DNA of 64,000 nucleotides from Alphaproteobacteria bacterium (GCA_965243135.1 OZ251539.1:6016001-6080000), one strand, 5' to 3'; positions 1-12,845 are shown, counted from the stretch's first letter. Notes: a model not told the origin generated them from the letters alone. Program-made: numbers and translations.

Positions 1-473
1 ATCAGGCTCGCCAGCTCCACCATCGCCTCCTCGCCGAAACGGTCCGCGGCGCGGCGATAGGCGTCGTCGCCCAGGCGTTTCGTTTCGACGACCTCGCGGG
101 CCACGTCGTAGACCAGCGCCTCGTCCTCGTTCAGGTGGCGCGGCGTCCGGCGTCGGCGGATGTCCTCGACGGCGCGCGGATCGACGCCGTATTCGGCGGC
201 GCGCCGCGCATGAATGAACCATTCGTAGTCCGCCGAGAAGCCCCGGGCGATCGTTACGATCGCGAGTTCCTTCAGGCGAATGGGAATGCGGGAGGCCTCC
301 TCGGACAGCGAAAGGTCCACGAAGTTGGCGAACGGCTCGGCGATTTCGGGCGCGTGGAGAAGGATGGCGAAAGGGCCGCGCACGGGCGCCCGCCGTTGCG
401 CCGAGATCAATTCGGAAACGCGTTTCTGCTCGGCGGTTTGCCGTTCCGGGGGTATCGGCCGTATTCGCGCCAT
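1..473 (-). CDS. Carboxymuconolactone decarboxylase/AhpD-like family protein (3' end outside window)
   Basis: Manual translation from ATG at 473 (GGAGG upstream): MARIRPIPPERQT...VRGPFAILLHAPEIAE...LKELAIVTIAR...YEWFIHARRA, the pattern typical of this family. Not in the ORF track because it is truncated. Confidence 0.75.
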   Translation of the reverse strand, partial: MARIRPIPPERQTAEQKRVSELISAQRRAPVRGPFAILLHAPEIAEPFANFVDLSLSEEASRIPIRLKELAIVTIARGFSADYEWFIHARRAAEYGVDPRAVEDIRRRRTPRHLNEDEALVYDVAREVVETKRLGDDAYRRAADRFGEEAMVELASL

Positions 474-710
474 GCCTGCCTCCATCGATGCCGACGAACC
501 GCTATCACGGCTCCACGCGCGGGACAATCGGGGACCGCGGGCCGGCCGCCGGTCGGCTTGCCTGAAGCCGCGGCCGCCCGGGGCCGGTTCCCGGCCGATC
601 GCAGGGGGCGGCCGAGCCGCCTCTCGCTGCCGCCGTTCTTCGGCTTGCGGCTCCGTCAAGGTTCGCTTCCGCCGCCCGGCGCAGGCCAGCCGCGAGAGAA
701 GGATCCGACG

Positions 711-2159
711 TCACTTCAGTTGCTTGGGCAGCCAGGTGGCGATTTCCGGCGTCGCGATCAGCAGCGCCAGCACGGCGAGTTCGAGGGCAATGAACGGAAG
801 CGCCGAGCGCACGACCTGCCCGAGCGAGACCTGAAACGGCGCGACGCCTTTCATCACGTAGAGCAGCAGGCCGAAGGGCGGGGTGAGCAGGCTGATCTCC
901 ATGGTGATCAGCATCAGCACCATCAGCCAGATCACGTCGATGCCGAACGCGGCCTGCAGCGACTGCCCGCCGAGAAGGAAGAAAGGCAAGGTGAGCAGCA
1001 GCATGCTCACCTGGTCCATGAACGCTCCGAGAAACAGGAGCACGAGCATCATCATGATCACGACCGCGAGCGGCGTCAGCTCCATGGCCGTGAACTGGCG
1101 CAGCAGGCCGTCGGTGGCGCCGGAATTCGCCAGCGCTTGGCTGAAGACGAGCGACCCCGCGATGATGAACAGGATCATGGTGTTTATCTTGGCGGTTTCG
1201 ACGAGCGATTTCGTGATCGCCCGCCACGTGAAGTCCGCGCCGTCGATGCCGGATATTCGAATCGTCCCGTTGAAGATGCGGAAGAAATAGCAGGCGCCGA
1301 GCGAAGCGAGGCAGCCGAGCGCCGCCGCCTCGGTCGGCGCCGCGAGCTTGAAGAAGATGCTGCCGACCACCACCACGAAGATAACCAGCAGAGGCAGGAT
1401 GTAGAGAAGGAAAGGAAGCAGCCGGTTGACCGCGCGGCGGCGGCGGCCGGCGTAGGTCCAGGTCCGGCGAACCCGCCCCAGATTCACCGCGACGACGAGC
1501 GGCGCATCGATTCCGCTTTCGTCCGGCGCGTAGCTGGGGGCCAGGTCCGGGTTCGCGACGCAGCGGATGATGACGTAGCCGAAGAACAGAATCGCCATTA
1601 GGATGCCGGGCACGATGCCCGCCACCAGCAGTTGCGCGACCGACTGCTCGGCGAGGCTGGCCAGCAGCACGGCGAGCGCGGACGGCGGGATCAGCATCGC
1701 GATGCCGCCGACCGCCATGATGGGCCCCATCGCAATGGTCGGCCGGTAGCCGCGCTTCACCATGTCGGGAAGCAGCACGGAACCCAGGATGGCGGTATTG
1801 GCGATGGTCGATCCGGACAGCGAGGAGAAGACCGTGCCGCCTGCGATGGAAACCACCGCGAGGCGCCCGGGAACGCGCGAAATCATTCGGTCGATGGCGC
1901 CGATGGCCTTGAAGGCGACGCCGGTTTGGAGAAGGATTTCCCCCATCAGGAGGAACAGCGGGATCGGTGCCAGCGTGAACTTTATCGCGTTGTGGAACTC
2001 CATCGGCATGAACACCAAGCCGATGTCGCCGTTGACGAAGAGGAACGTCCCGAGCACGTTGGCGGCGAAGAAGGCGAAGGCCACGGGCAGGCCGAGAAAC
2101 ATCGCCACGCAGACCGTGCCGAGCAGCAGAGACAGCGCGAGGTACCACTCCAAGATCAC
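711..2159 (-). CDS. dctM: TRAP transporter large permease (DctM)
   Basis: Hydrophobic ORF with PIPLFLLMGEIL, GSTIANTA, LIPPS and TPPFG motifs; GTG start overlaps the dctQ stop (GTGA). Confidence 0.9.
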   Translation of the reverse strand: MILEWYLALSLLLGTVCVAMFLGLPVAFAFFAANVLGTFLFVNGDIGLVFMPMEFHNAIKFTLAPIPLFLLMGEILLQTGVAFKAIGAIDRMISRVPGRLAVVSIAGGTVFSSLSGSTIANTAILGSVLLPDMVKRGYRPTIAMGPIMAVGGIAMLIPPSALAVLLASLAEQSVAQLLVAGIVPGILMAILFFGYVIIRCVANPDLAPSYAPDESGIDAPLVVAVNLGRVRRTWTYAGRRRRAVNRLLPFLLYILPLLVIFVVVVGSIFFKLAAPTEAAALGCLASLGACYFFRIFNGTIRISGIDGADFTWRAITKSLVETAKINTMILFIIAGSLVFSQALANSGATDGLLRQFTAMELTPLAVVIMMMLVLLFLGAFMDQVSMLLLTLPFFLLGGQSLQAAFGIDVIWLMVLMLITMEISLLTPPFGLLLYVMKGVAPFQVSLGQVVRSALPFIALELAVLALLIATPEIATWLPKQLK

Positions 2160-2662
2160 AGTCCCGAATGCGCCTCGCCCACCCCCGCTCGTCCGCGGCG
2201 CAAGCGCATGAGGAATTCGACGGCCAGCAGCAAGAAAGACGCCGCGAACACGGCCATCATGTAGCCGGTGGGGATTCGCAAGTCCTTGTCCGGGAGAATG
2301 CCGTCGGCGAATTCGCCGACGGCCGATCTCGCGCCGTAAGCGCAAAGCAGGACGCAAAGCGCCGCGCCGAAAAGGTTCAGCGCGCTATCCAGGCGTTCGG
2401 CCGCCGGCTTGGACAGGTTGGAGACGACGACGTCGACCCGAACGTGCGCGCCCTGCCGCAGCACCCATGGCGCGCCGAGGAATACGCCGAAATAAAGGGC
2501 GTACTCGACGGCCTCGTAGAGCCACCACATGCTTTCCCACTGGAGGCGGATCAGAAACAGGTTGAGGGGTATCAGGACCGCGAACAGGCCGATGGAAGCC
2601 GCCACCAGTCCGGCGAGGATCCGGTTGAAGCGATCGAACGCGGCCTCGAAGGCGTCGAGCAC
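2156..2662 (-). CDS. dctQ: TRAP transporter small permease (DctQ)
   Basis: 168 aa with 4 predicted TM segments and GAHVRVD motif, located between dctP and dctM. Confidence 0.88.
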   Translation of the reverse strand: MLDAFEAAFDRFNRILAGLVAASIGLFAVLIPLNLFLIRLQWESMWWLYEAVEYALYFGVFLGAPWVLRQGAHVRVDVVVSNLSKPAAERLDSALNLFGAALCVLLCAYGARSAVGEFADGILPDKDLRIPTGYMMAVFAASFLLLAVEFLMRLRRGRAGVGEAHSGL

Positions 2663-2693
2663 CGCGCGCGGTCCCGTTGCAGGCTCCGCGGCG

Positions 2694-3671
2694 CTACTGC
2701 GCCGTGAACAGTTTCCTGAGCTTCGCCCCGTGCTCCGGGCTGCGTTCGAGCACTTCGGCCCATCCTTCCTTGCGGGCGGTGTCCAGCCATTTCTTGCGGT
2801 CGGCGCCTTCGAAGGCGATGACCTTCATTCCCTTGCCCGCCATCCATTCCTTCGCCTTTTTCTGCCGGGCCAGGAATTCGGGACTGCTGGTTTCGGCTCT
2901 GGCTTCGTACTCCAGTCCGACCGCCGAAATCAGATCCCGAACCTCCTTCGGCAGCGTCTCCCATTTGCGGAGATTAGCGAGGGTGTGCAGCGCCGCGTTG
3001 TAGAAACCGGGCTCGACGCGGAACTTCGTGACCTCGATCCAGGTCGGCACCCAGCCGACGGCCGGCCAACCGAAGCCCTGAACCGTGCCGTTCTCCATAT
3101 AGGTGTACACCTGCGCGATGTTGGAGGTCTGCACCGTCGCGCCCAGCGATCGGAAGAAGGCGGTATAGACTGGCGACACCCGGAGATGCAGTCCTGCGAG
3201 ATCGGGTTTGTCGATCGGCTTGCTCAGCCAGAGGTGAAACGGCCCGTTGTCGTCATGGCGCGCGATGTAGTGAATGTTCTTTTCGGCGAGCAGCTTCCGC
3301 ATGTAGTCGAGCGCGCCGTTCTTGCGCAGTTCGGCGAAGGTGAAATCCGAAAAGCGGAGCGCCGGCGCTTCCGGCAGCACGTTGCCGAAATAGGCCTCGG
3401 TGCAGCCGACCATGTCGTAGGCGCCGCGCGCCATTTTCTGCGTGAGCGTGAAAGGGCTGCCGATCGCCGGAGCGCCGCCCACCATGTTGATCTTCACCAC
3501 GCCCTTGCCGCGTTCATTTATCGTCTTGACAAGCGCTTCGTAAACCCGCGACGGCGGGCTTCCTATGGGGAAGCAGCTGGCGCTGTTGACCACGACCTCC
3601 TTCGCAACGGCACCGGTCGTTCCCATGGCCGCCAACGCAGCCACGCACGAAAGCATGGTTTTCCTGAGCAC
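2694..3671 (-). CDS. dctP: TRAP transporter substrate-binding protein (DctP)
   Basis: Signal peptide, DLAGLHLRV, and VYTYMENGTVQG; GTG start at 3671 with GGAGG upstream. Confidence 0.88.
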   Translation of the reverse strand: MLRKTMLSCVAALAAMGTTGAVAKEVVVNSASCFPIGSPPSRVYEALVKTINERGKGVVKINMVGGAPAIGSPFTLTQKMARGAYDMVGCTEAYFGNVLPEAPALRFSDFTFAELRKNGALDYMRKLLAEKNIHYIARHDDNGPFHLWLSKPIDKPDLAGLHLRVSPVYTAFFRSLGATVQTSNIAQVYTYMENGTVQGFGWPAVGWVPTWIEVTKFRVEPGFYNAALHTLANLRKWETLPKEVRDLISAVGLEYEARAETSSPEFLARQKKAKEWMAGKGMKVIAFEGADRKKWLDTARKEGWAEVLERSPEHGAKLRKLFTAQ

Positions 3672-4205
3672 GTTCTTTCTCCCTCCTTTTGGCGCCGGGG
3701 CCGCGTCCGGACGCTCCGTCGCGGACGCCGCCTCGCAGCGCGGCGAGCGTACTTTAGCACAAGTTCCGGCTATTTCGTCCCTTCGGCCTACCGCCCGCGG
3801 ACAGCCCCGAGAGACCCCGCGGACGGCCAAAACAAACGGCAACTTCCGCTTCGCGCGCATGCATGGTTCCGCCGAATCCGCATTGCCGCGACGCAGGCGT
3901 TGCGGCGCGACGCCATGACCGACGGCGCCGCCGCCGAGACCGCAACTCTTTCCATGCTTTCCAGGGCAGCAAATGCGCGTTCCGACGCGCAAACTTTCGC
4001 CGCGCTGCGCCGGAGAAAACCACGGGCTGACGCCTCCCGCGGCGACGGCAGCGCGCCCGGCGGAGCGTCGAGGCGAAGAGCTCCCTCCGCTTTGCGCCGG
4101 CTGTCCCCGGCGGCGGACGTCCGGAGCTACCTGCCGTGCGGAGCCCGCGAATCCCGCCTCCGCAAGCGGCGTCGCCGAATTCGCGGAGCGCGTACCGGAA
4201 GGCGG

Positions 4206-6959
<2,754 letters not shown>

Positions 6960-7004
6960 GCGGTTTCTCCGATGGCGGGGCGGCGCGGGCGGGCACCGGG
7001 GGCA

Positions 7005-7033
7005 GACATAAGCAGGGCGGTCGCCGGTGTCAA
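7005..7033 (-). promoter_or_regulatory. Putative sigma70 promoter of secA
   Basis: TTGACA-N17-TATGTC on the minus strand, ~45 nt upstream of the secA start. Confidence 0.6.
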
Positions 7034-7149
7034 CGCCGCCTCGCCGGCAGGATACGTTGCGGCGCTTTCCAGCTGGCCAGCCCGCAACGTCCTCCGGAGG
7101 AGATAACCGATCTCCTGCATTGCGATTCGGAACCGATAAGGGGGCATCC

Positions 7150-8050
7150 ATTCGGCGATTTTTTTGAGGTAATTCACGAACTTCCGCAGACCGGGCTCTC
7201 TGCAAGAAGATATCCGCCGCGCTCGAATCCGAAGCCGGAAGTCTTTGAACGTCATGGATGTTCGCGGCTTCTTGGGTTTCCGAGATGTTTTCGCCGGGGG
7301 CGAGTAAAACAACTTCATTTTTTTCGAGACCTTGATCGCACAAAGTTTCGGTAGAACGCGCGCTAACCGTAACTTGAGAACCGTCGTTACCGCGAACGCG
7401 GCCGAGAATATCCGAAAACTGAATTACCGCGGAGAACGGCGAAGGCAACCCCGCAGTCCTCAGTAATGCTGTTCCGTTACCTCGTCCTTTTTCCATTAGA
7501 GGCCGCAATAAGCTTATCGAGTGGAGCGCACTGTCCGAAAATCCCGTTCGTTCCGCAACGCGCCTTGCGGGCGCGCAAATCTATTTTTGTAAAACCTTGC
7601 TTTCGCTTCCGGGACAAGGATTCCCGCGGTCAGGCGGCGTCCAGCGCCAGGTTTTGGTTTGCGGCATGGGTTCCGATCTCCATGCGGCGTCGAAACGGCT
7701 CGGCATCGCCCGGAAGGCGAGGACGTTCCGGCTTCATGCTCCCGTTCTGGCCGGCCCGCGCGCCGGTTGACCAGCACCTTTTCAATCGTCGTCCGCCCAT
7801 GATTGAACCCGCCGGCTTCCAGACAGCGCACTCGCGAAATGCGTTCTCGGTTCTCGACGGCTTTCTGGAAACCTCCTCTTTCGGGGGCGACTCGTTTCAC
7901 GGACAACAAGGCGTTGAGCAGCTTCGACTTGCCGGAGGCGTTTGGGTCGATTATCGGCAAGCGATCACGAACCTTGGAATCGGCCCAGAAGTTGCGCCAA
8001 TTCTTTGAGGCGGGCAAGGCGCGTGCGTTGTTCCCGGTTCGAATTCTCAG
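7150..8050 (-). pseudogene. Degraded ABC/AAA_21-family ATPase
   Basis: Fragments in different frames: KNWRNF...IIDPNASGKSKLLNAL (eroded Walker A), GGFQKAVENR..ISRVRCL, NERDF, and a C-terminal part [24 protein letters not shown] is lower than the flanks. Confidence 0.6.
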
Positions 8051-8306
8051 AGACGAATATGGATTGTGGGACGACATGATAATTGTCGGTATCCTTGTCC
8101 GTACAACTCGAAAATTTCTTGTATCGCAGTTGTGCGGGTCGGTCTGCCGAATTCCCGAGGTTGTCGGCGAAGCGGCGGCCTGCGGAGGTTGCGGTCAACC
8201 GAGCGGCGTCGGACCGCTTGCCGCGATGGCGGTTTCGGGTTCATCTCGCGTCCCGATGCTGCTATGCTTCCCGGGCTGCCTGTTTCATCAAGCGCAGGAG
8301 AACGCG

Positions 8307-8618
8307 ATGGGCATTGCGGACGCGAAGCGGAATCTTCCTTCGAACCGGATGATCTTCGAGGTTCGCAGGGATCCGGCGAAATTCAATGATTTTCCCGCGA
8401 ATCTGGAAGCCTTCATGGATCGGTACGGACTCTCGGACGACGAGCGGCAGGCGTTCAGGGACGTCGATATCAAGCGGCTTGGCGAGCTTGGCGTCCATCC
8501 CTACTTTCTGCCGCAGGTCTCGCGGCTGTTCCACGGGACCGGGTACAACCACAATCGGTCGGCGGCGGCCGTGGCCTACGGCAACAGCGTCGTCGAGGGC
8601 GCCGGAAAGGGCAGGTGA
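8307..8618 (+). CDS. Extradiol ring-cleavage dioxygenase small subunit (LigA-like)
   Basis: 103 aa with MDRYGLSDDERQAF..DIKRLGELGVHPY; AGGAG RBS; coupled to the LigB-like gene. Confidence 0.8.
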   Translation: MGIADAKRNLPSNRMIFEVRRDPAKFNDFPANLEAFMDRYGLSDDERQAFRDVDIKRLGELGVHPYFLPQVSRLFHGTGYNHNRSAAAVAYGNSVVEGAGKGR

Positions 8619-9472
8619 TGGCCGAACTCGTTTCCGTCGTTGCGCTGAGCCACGCGCCCGGCCTGACGGGGTGGCTCGACCAGGCCCCCGAACGCGAGAG
8701 AAAGAGCCTGACCGAGGGATTCGCGGCGCTCGGCGAAATGGTGCGGGCGTCGCGGCCGGACGTGCTTGTCGGCCTCGCAAACGATCACGTTCTCAACATG
8801 CCGTTGGACGATACCCGGGATTTCTGCGTCGGCACGGCGGATTCATGGAACGGGCCCGCGGAGTGGTTCCGGGAGTGGATCAACGTGCCCGACTACCGGG
8901 TCGCCGGAGACAGCGGGACCGCCGACAGCGTTTTCGGAGGGCTTCGCGGGCGCGGTTTCGACGTGATCGCCGACAGGGAACTTCTGTTCGACGACAACTG
9001 GTCGGTGCCGCTCTACTACCTGACGCCGGGCTACGATATCCCTCTGGTTCCGATACACATGAACTGCGTCGTGCCGCCGGTGCCGTCGCCGCAGACTTGC
9101 CTCGACCTCGGCAAGGCGATTTCCGATATCGTGGAGAACGATCTGCCGGACGGGGTGCGCGTCGCCTTCATGGGCACGGGCGGGCTCTCTCACGACCCGG
9201 GCGGACCGAAGTATTTCGACGTGGACGAAGCCTTCGACCGCTGGTTTCTGGCGCTGCTGGAGGAAGGCGACTCCGAAAAGGTGATTCGCGAGTGCACGGT
9301 CGAGAAGATGCTGGCTGCCGGCGACGGAGGAACCACCGAATTGCTGGCCTGGATCGCCGCCATGGGGGCGGCCGGCGGCGGGCCCGCGCGCACCGTCTGC
9401 TACGAACCGGCGGTGGAGCTCCGATGCGGCATGGGTTGCGTCTACTGGAACAGGGATCCCGCGCATGTCTGA
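8618..9472 (+). CDS. Class III extradiol dioxygenase large subunit (LigB family)
   Basis: SHAP, NDH, GTGGLSHDPG and FDRWFL motifs. Confidence 0.88.
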   Translation: MAELVSVVALSHAPGLTGWLDQAPERERKSLTEGFAALGEMVRASRPDVLVGLANDHVLNMPLDDTRDFCVGTADSWNGPAEWFREWINVPDYRVAGDSGTADSVFGGLRGRGFDVIADRELLFDDNWSVPLYYLTPGYDIPLVPIHMNCVVPPVPSPQTCLDLGKAISDIVENDLPDGVRVAFMGTGGLSHDPGGPKYFDVDEAFDRWFLALLEEGDSEKVIRECTVEKMLAAGDGGTTELLAWIAAMGAAGGGPARTVCYEPAVELRCGMGCVYWNRDPAHV

Positions 9473-10109
9473 ACGGTTGCTCGAAGGCCTCGCGGAAATC
9501 CTCGATCCCGCGCACGCCGCCCTCGTCGTTGTCGACATGCAGAACGATTTCTGCGCGGAAGGCGGTTACATCCACGAAACCCAGAATGCCGACATGAGCC
9601 CTTTCGCGCCGCTCGCCCGGCGCATACGGATTCTGACCGAGGCGGCGCGCGTCGCGGGCGCGGCGGTGATCTGGATCAGGGCGGCCTACGATCACGAGCT
9701 GCTGCCGGCTCCCATGCTCTCCAGGATGCTCGATAAGGGCAAGGGAGCCGTGTGCTGCGCGTCCGGCTCGTGGGGCGCCGATTTCTACGATCTCGCCCCC
9801 GCCGCGGGGGAGCCGGTGGTCGAGAAGCACTGCTACTCGGCCTTTCACGGCACGGAACTCGATTCCGTTCTGCGAAGCCGCGGCATCCGCACTCTGGTGA
9901 TGACCGGCGTCGCGACCAACGTTTGCGTCGATTCCACGCTGCGCGAAGGGTTCTTCAACGGCTACTATATCGTCATGCCGCCGGACTGCGTGGGAAGCGC
10001 CAATGCGGCGCTGCACGAGGCGACCGTGCAATCCGTCGATCTCGTATTCGGTCACGTCCCTGACAGCGGGGAGGTGATGCGGGTTTGGGAAACGGCGCGG
10101 GCGGCATGA
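9465..10109 (+). CDS. Isochorismatase-family cysteine hydrolase (RutB/NicF-like amidohydrolase)
   Basis: VVDMQNDF, EKHCYSAF and GVATNVCVDST (Asp-Lys-Cys triad). Confidence 0.9.
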   Translation: MSERLLEGLAEILDPAHAALVVVDMQNDFCAEGGYIHETQNADMSPFAPLARRIRILTEAARVAGAAVIWIRAAYDHELLPAPMLSRMLDKGKGAVCCASGSWGADFYDLAPAAGEPVVEKHCYSAFHGTELDSVLRSRGIRTLVMTGVATNVCVDSTLREGFFNGYYIVMPPDCVGSANAALHEATVQSVDLVFGHVPDSGEVMRVWETARAA

Positions 10110-10858
10110 CGGACGAAGCCATCGCGGCGCTTGCCGATGCCATCGATGCGGCGAAGCGCGTCGTGGTGTTCACGGGAGCGGGGATTTCGACGGAATCGGG
10201 AATTCCGGACTTCCGGAGTCCGAACGGCATATGGGCGCGCACGACGCCGATCTATTTCGACGAGTTCGTGAATTCCGAAGACGCGCGCCGCGAAGCGTGG
10301 CGGCGCAAGTTCGAGATCGACCGCGATATGATCGGAGCCGAACCCAACCGCGGGCATCGCGCCGTCGCCAAGCTCGTGCGCACCGGGAAGGCGTCTTCGG
10401 TGATCACCCAGAACATCGACGGATTGCATCAGGAAGCGGGCGTGCCGGACCAACAGGTCGTCGAGTTGCATGGCAACGGCACCTATGCGGCTTGCCTCTC
10501 CTGCGGCGCTCGCCACGAGCTCGATCCCATCAAGGCGGAATTCGAAAAGGACGGCGCTCTGCCGCTGTGCAGTTTTTGCGGCGGGATCGTGAAGACGGCG
10601 ACGATTTCCTTCGGGCAGGCGATGCCGGACGCCGAAATGGAGCGCGCCCGAGTCGAATCCCTGGCCTGCGATCTGTTCATTGCGGCAGGCTCCTCGCTCG
10701 TGGTCTATCCCGCTGCGGGTTTTCCCGTCATGGCGAAACGCAACGGTGCCCGTCTCGCGATCGTCAATCGCGAGGCGACCGATCTCGACGGGATGGCCGA
10801 TCTCGTCCTCAACCGGGAGATCGGTCCGACGCTCGGAGAAGCGGTCGGCGTGAACTGA
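10106..10858 (+). CDS. cobB: Sir2-family NAD-dependent protein deacylase
   Basis: FTGAGISTESGIPDFR, TQNIDGLH, ELHG, CxxC..CxxC and GSSLVVYPAA; ATGA overlap with the upstream gene. Confidence 0.9.
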   Translation: MTDEAIAALADAIDAAKRVVVFTGAGISTESGIPDFRSPNGIWARTTPIYFDEFVNSEDARREAWRRKFEIDRDMIGAEPNRGHRAVAKLVRTGKASSVITQNIDGLHQEAGVPDQQVVELHGNGTYAACLSCGARHELDPIKAEFEKDGALPLCSFCGGIVKTATISFGQAMPDAEMERARVESLACDLFIAAGSSLVVYPAAGFPVMAKRNGARLAIVNREATDLDGMADLVLNREIGPTLGEAVGVN

Positions 10859-10883
10859 ACCGCTCGCCGCAGAGGAAGTCGGC

Positions 10884-11993
10884 ATGCTTGGGCGTATCTA
10901 CATCGACAATTATAAATGTTTGGTCAATTTCGAATTGCGGTTTCAGGAACTGACCTTGCTCCTGGGAGATGACGGCGCGGGCAAGAGCTCCGTGCTGGAG
11001 GTGGTGCTGGCGCTTCGCCGATTGCTCAATGGAGAAGCCAGACTGACCGATTCCGGAATTTTTCCGGCGAATACGCTTACGAGTTGGCGATCGCACGATC
11101 TTCAGGTTTTCGAGATCGAGGCGAATCTAGGTGAGGATTCGCTGGTCTATCGGCTGGAAGTGGAACATGAGACCGGCGGGAAAAAAGCCAGGATCGCCAT
11201 CGAATCTCTTGAAGCCGACGATCGGCCGCTATTCGCTTTCAAAGGCGGTGAAGTGCGCCTTTTCCGCGACGACCATTCGGAGGGGCCGATTTTTGGATCT
11301 GACCCGTCGGAGTCGGCATTGGCCAAGGTCGTCGAGGCCAAGGATAACGTTCGGTTAACGAGATTCCTAGGCTTTGTAAGAAAGATTCTGGTTTGCAGAC
11401 TTTGTCCTTTCAACTTTGAAACCGAAGCGTCCTCCGACGGCGCGGCGTTGCGCCCGGATGGACGCAATTTCGGTTCATGGTATTGGCATGCGCAACTGGA
11501 ATGGCCAGAACGAGTTACGGAGTTGACGAAGGAACTGCAGGAGATAATGGGCAACTTCCGGGGGCTTCGCCTTGAACGGGTTGGGTCGGGCATTCGTGCG
11601 TTGAAGGTGAAATTCGACGAAGCAGGACGGGACTACGAACTCGGGCTTGACGAAATATCGGATGGTCAGCGGGCGCTTATCGCCCTCTACGCCTTGCTTC
11701 GTCTGGGTGCAGAACAAGGGCATGCGCTGTTTCTGGACGGGCCGGAAAACTACGTCGCATTGTCTGAAATCCAGCCTTGGTTGATCGAGCTTGCCGACAG
11801 CTGCGGCGACGCGGCGGCGCAGGTCGTGCTCTGTTCTCACCATCCCGAACTGATTGATTATCTCGGCGACGACTGCGGCCTGCTGCTGCGCCGGGAGAGC
11901 TCCGGAGTTACCCGGGCGGAGAAAATACTCGAAAACACGGACGGTCGCGGTCTTAAACTTTCTGAACTACTCGCGCGGGGATGGGATCCTTGA
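10884..11993 (+). CDS. ABC/AAA_21-family ATPase (probably decaying)
   Basis: Walker A GDDGAGKSS, signature ISDGQR, Walker B LFLDGPEN (E replaced by G), H-loop SHHPELID; lower GC than the flanks. Confidence 0.8.
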   Translation: MLGRIYIDNYKCLVNFELRFQELTLLLGDDGAGKSSVLEVVLALRRLLNGEARLTDSGIFPANTLTSWRSHDLQVFEIEANLGEDSLVYRLEVEHETGGKKARIAIESLEADDRPLFAFKGGEVRLFRDDHSEGPIFGSDPSESALAKVVEAKDNVRLTRFLGFVRKILVCRLCPFNFETEASSDGAALRPDGRNFGSWYWHAQLEWPERVTELTKELQEIMGNFRGLRLERVGSGIRALKVKFDEAGRDYELGLDEISDGQRALIALYALLRLGAEQGHALFLDGPENYVALSEIQPWLIELADSCGDAAAQVVLCSHHPELIDYLGDDCGLLLRRESSGVTRAEKILENTDGRGLKLSELLARGWDP

Positions 11994-12420
11994 GTCGCAA
12001 TGTACAGATTGCTTTTTTAAGACCAACAACGTGATCTGCGCCGCTTCTTCAAGGAGATGTAGAAAACCCGTTCACGTCGAGAGAGCTCCGGCAGGCAGGG
12101 GAGCGGCGGAGCGATTCGCGCGCAGGCGCTTCGCGAAGGAGTTGAACCATTGCCGCCGTAAGCGCCATCGCGTCGATCCGGCGCTTATGATGAATGGAGA
12201 TGCGGGCGGAAAGAACGAACCGCCCGGTCGTTGCTCCGGCAGATGGCCTCGGCTTGCGTCGCCGGGACTTGCCGGCAGGATCCAGGCGGGGTCGGGATTG
12301 GCGCGAGGGCATCGGCAAGCTGAGGCGGCAATCCGGCGCGCTTCGCGTCGGCGCAAGCTCCTTGTTTGCCGTCGCTCGCGACGACATGCGGGCAGCCCTT
12401 TCTGGCGGCACGTCGTTCCG
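11990..12420 (+). pseudogene. Frameshifted partner gene of the ATPase (DUF4276/TOPRIM-like)
   Basis: TTG overlaps the ATPase stop; MSRNVQI.. then, in another frame, VERAPAGRGAAERFARRRFAKEL..ALMMNGDAG; broken reading frame. Confidence 0.5.
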
Positions 12421-12810
12421 TCGTATGCCGCGTCGCTCCGTTTCGCCGCCGCTCCGATCCGGTTCACGAAAGCTGCCGTTCAAACGGAGACCGCGACAGG
12501 ACTGAGGTCGGCTTCGTCGATCAGCGCACCCCATATTCGCCGACGCGTCGTACGGCCGCCCTGGTCCGAAGCGCCCCCAAGAGATGCCGCAGCCCCGAAA
12601 CAGGCTGCAAGCCGCCGCGTCAGGATGAGCGCTACGCCGTCTTCGCCCGTCAACGCGAGAGCGCGGCCAAACGCCTTTTCGAACTTCCCCTGCGGCGGTT
12701 CCGTCAGCTGACGCCGCGGCGCGGAAACGTTCTGCAACCGGCGTTTGGTGAACGGACCGGTCGTCCGTTGATGACGTGTCGTCCGTTAACGACGCTCCGG
12801 CAGACAGGTC

Positions 12811-12838
12811 TTGCGTCATCGGGGTTTGCCGGTAGGAT
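12811..12838 (+). promoter_or_regulatory. Putative sigma70 promoter, likely giving a leaderless transcript
   Basis: TTGCGT-N16-TAGGAT, 7 nt before the ATG at 12846; no SD. Confidence 0.4.
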
Positions 12839-12845
12839 CAAGTCC

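Noticed and set aside
10106-11993. Sir2 + ATPase as a Sir2-based defence system (Thoeris/DSR/Sir2-HerA)
   Set aside because: The Sir2 is a canonical Zn-binding CobB-type deacylase at host GC coupled to a metabolic operon, and the ATPase is ABC-type, not HerA.
12480-12737. Possible HigA-like antitoxin remnant (RRLAACFG)
   Set aside because: The similarity is too weak to support by eye.
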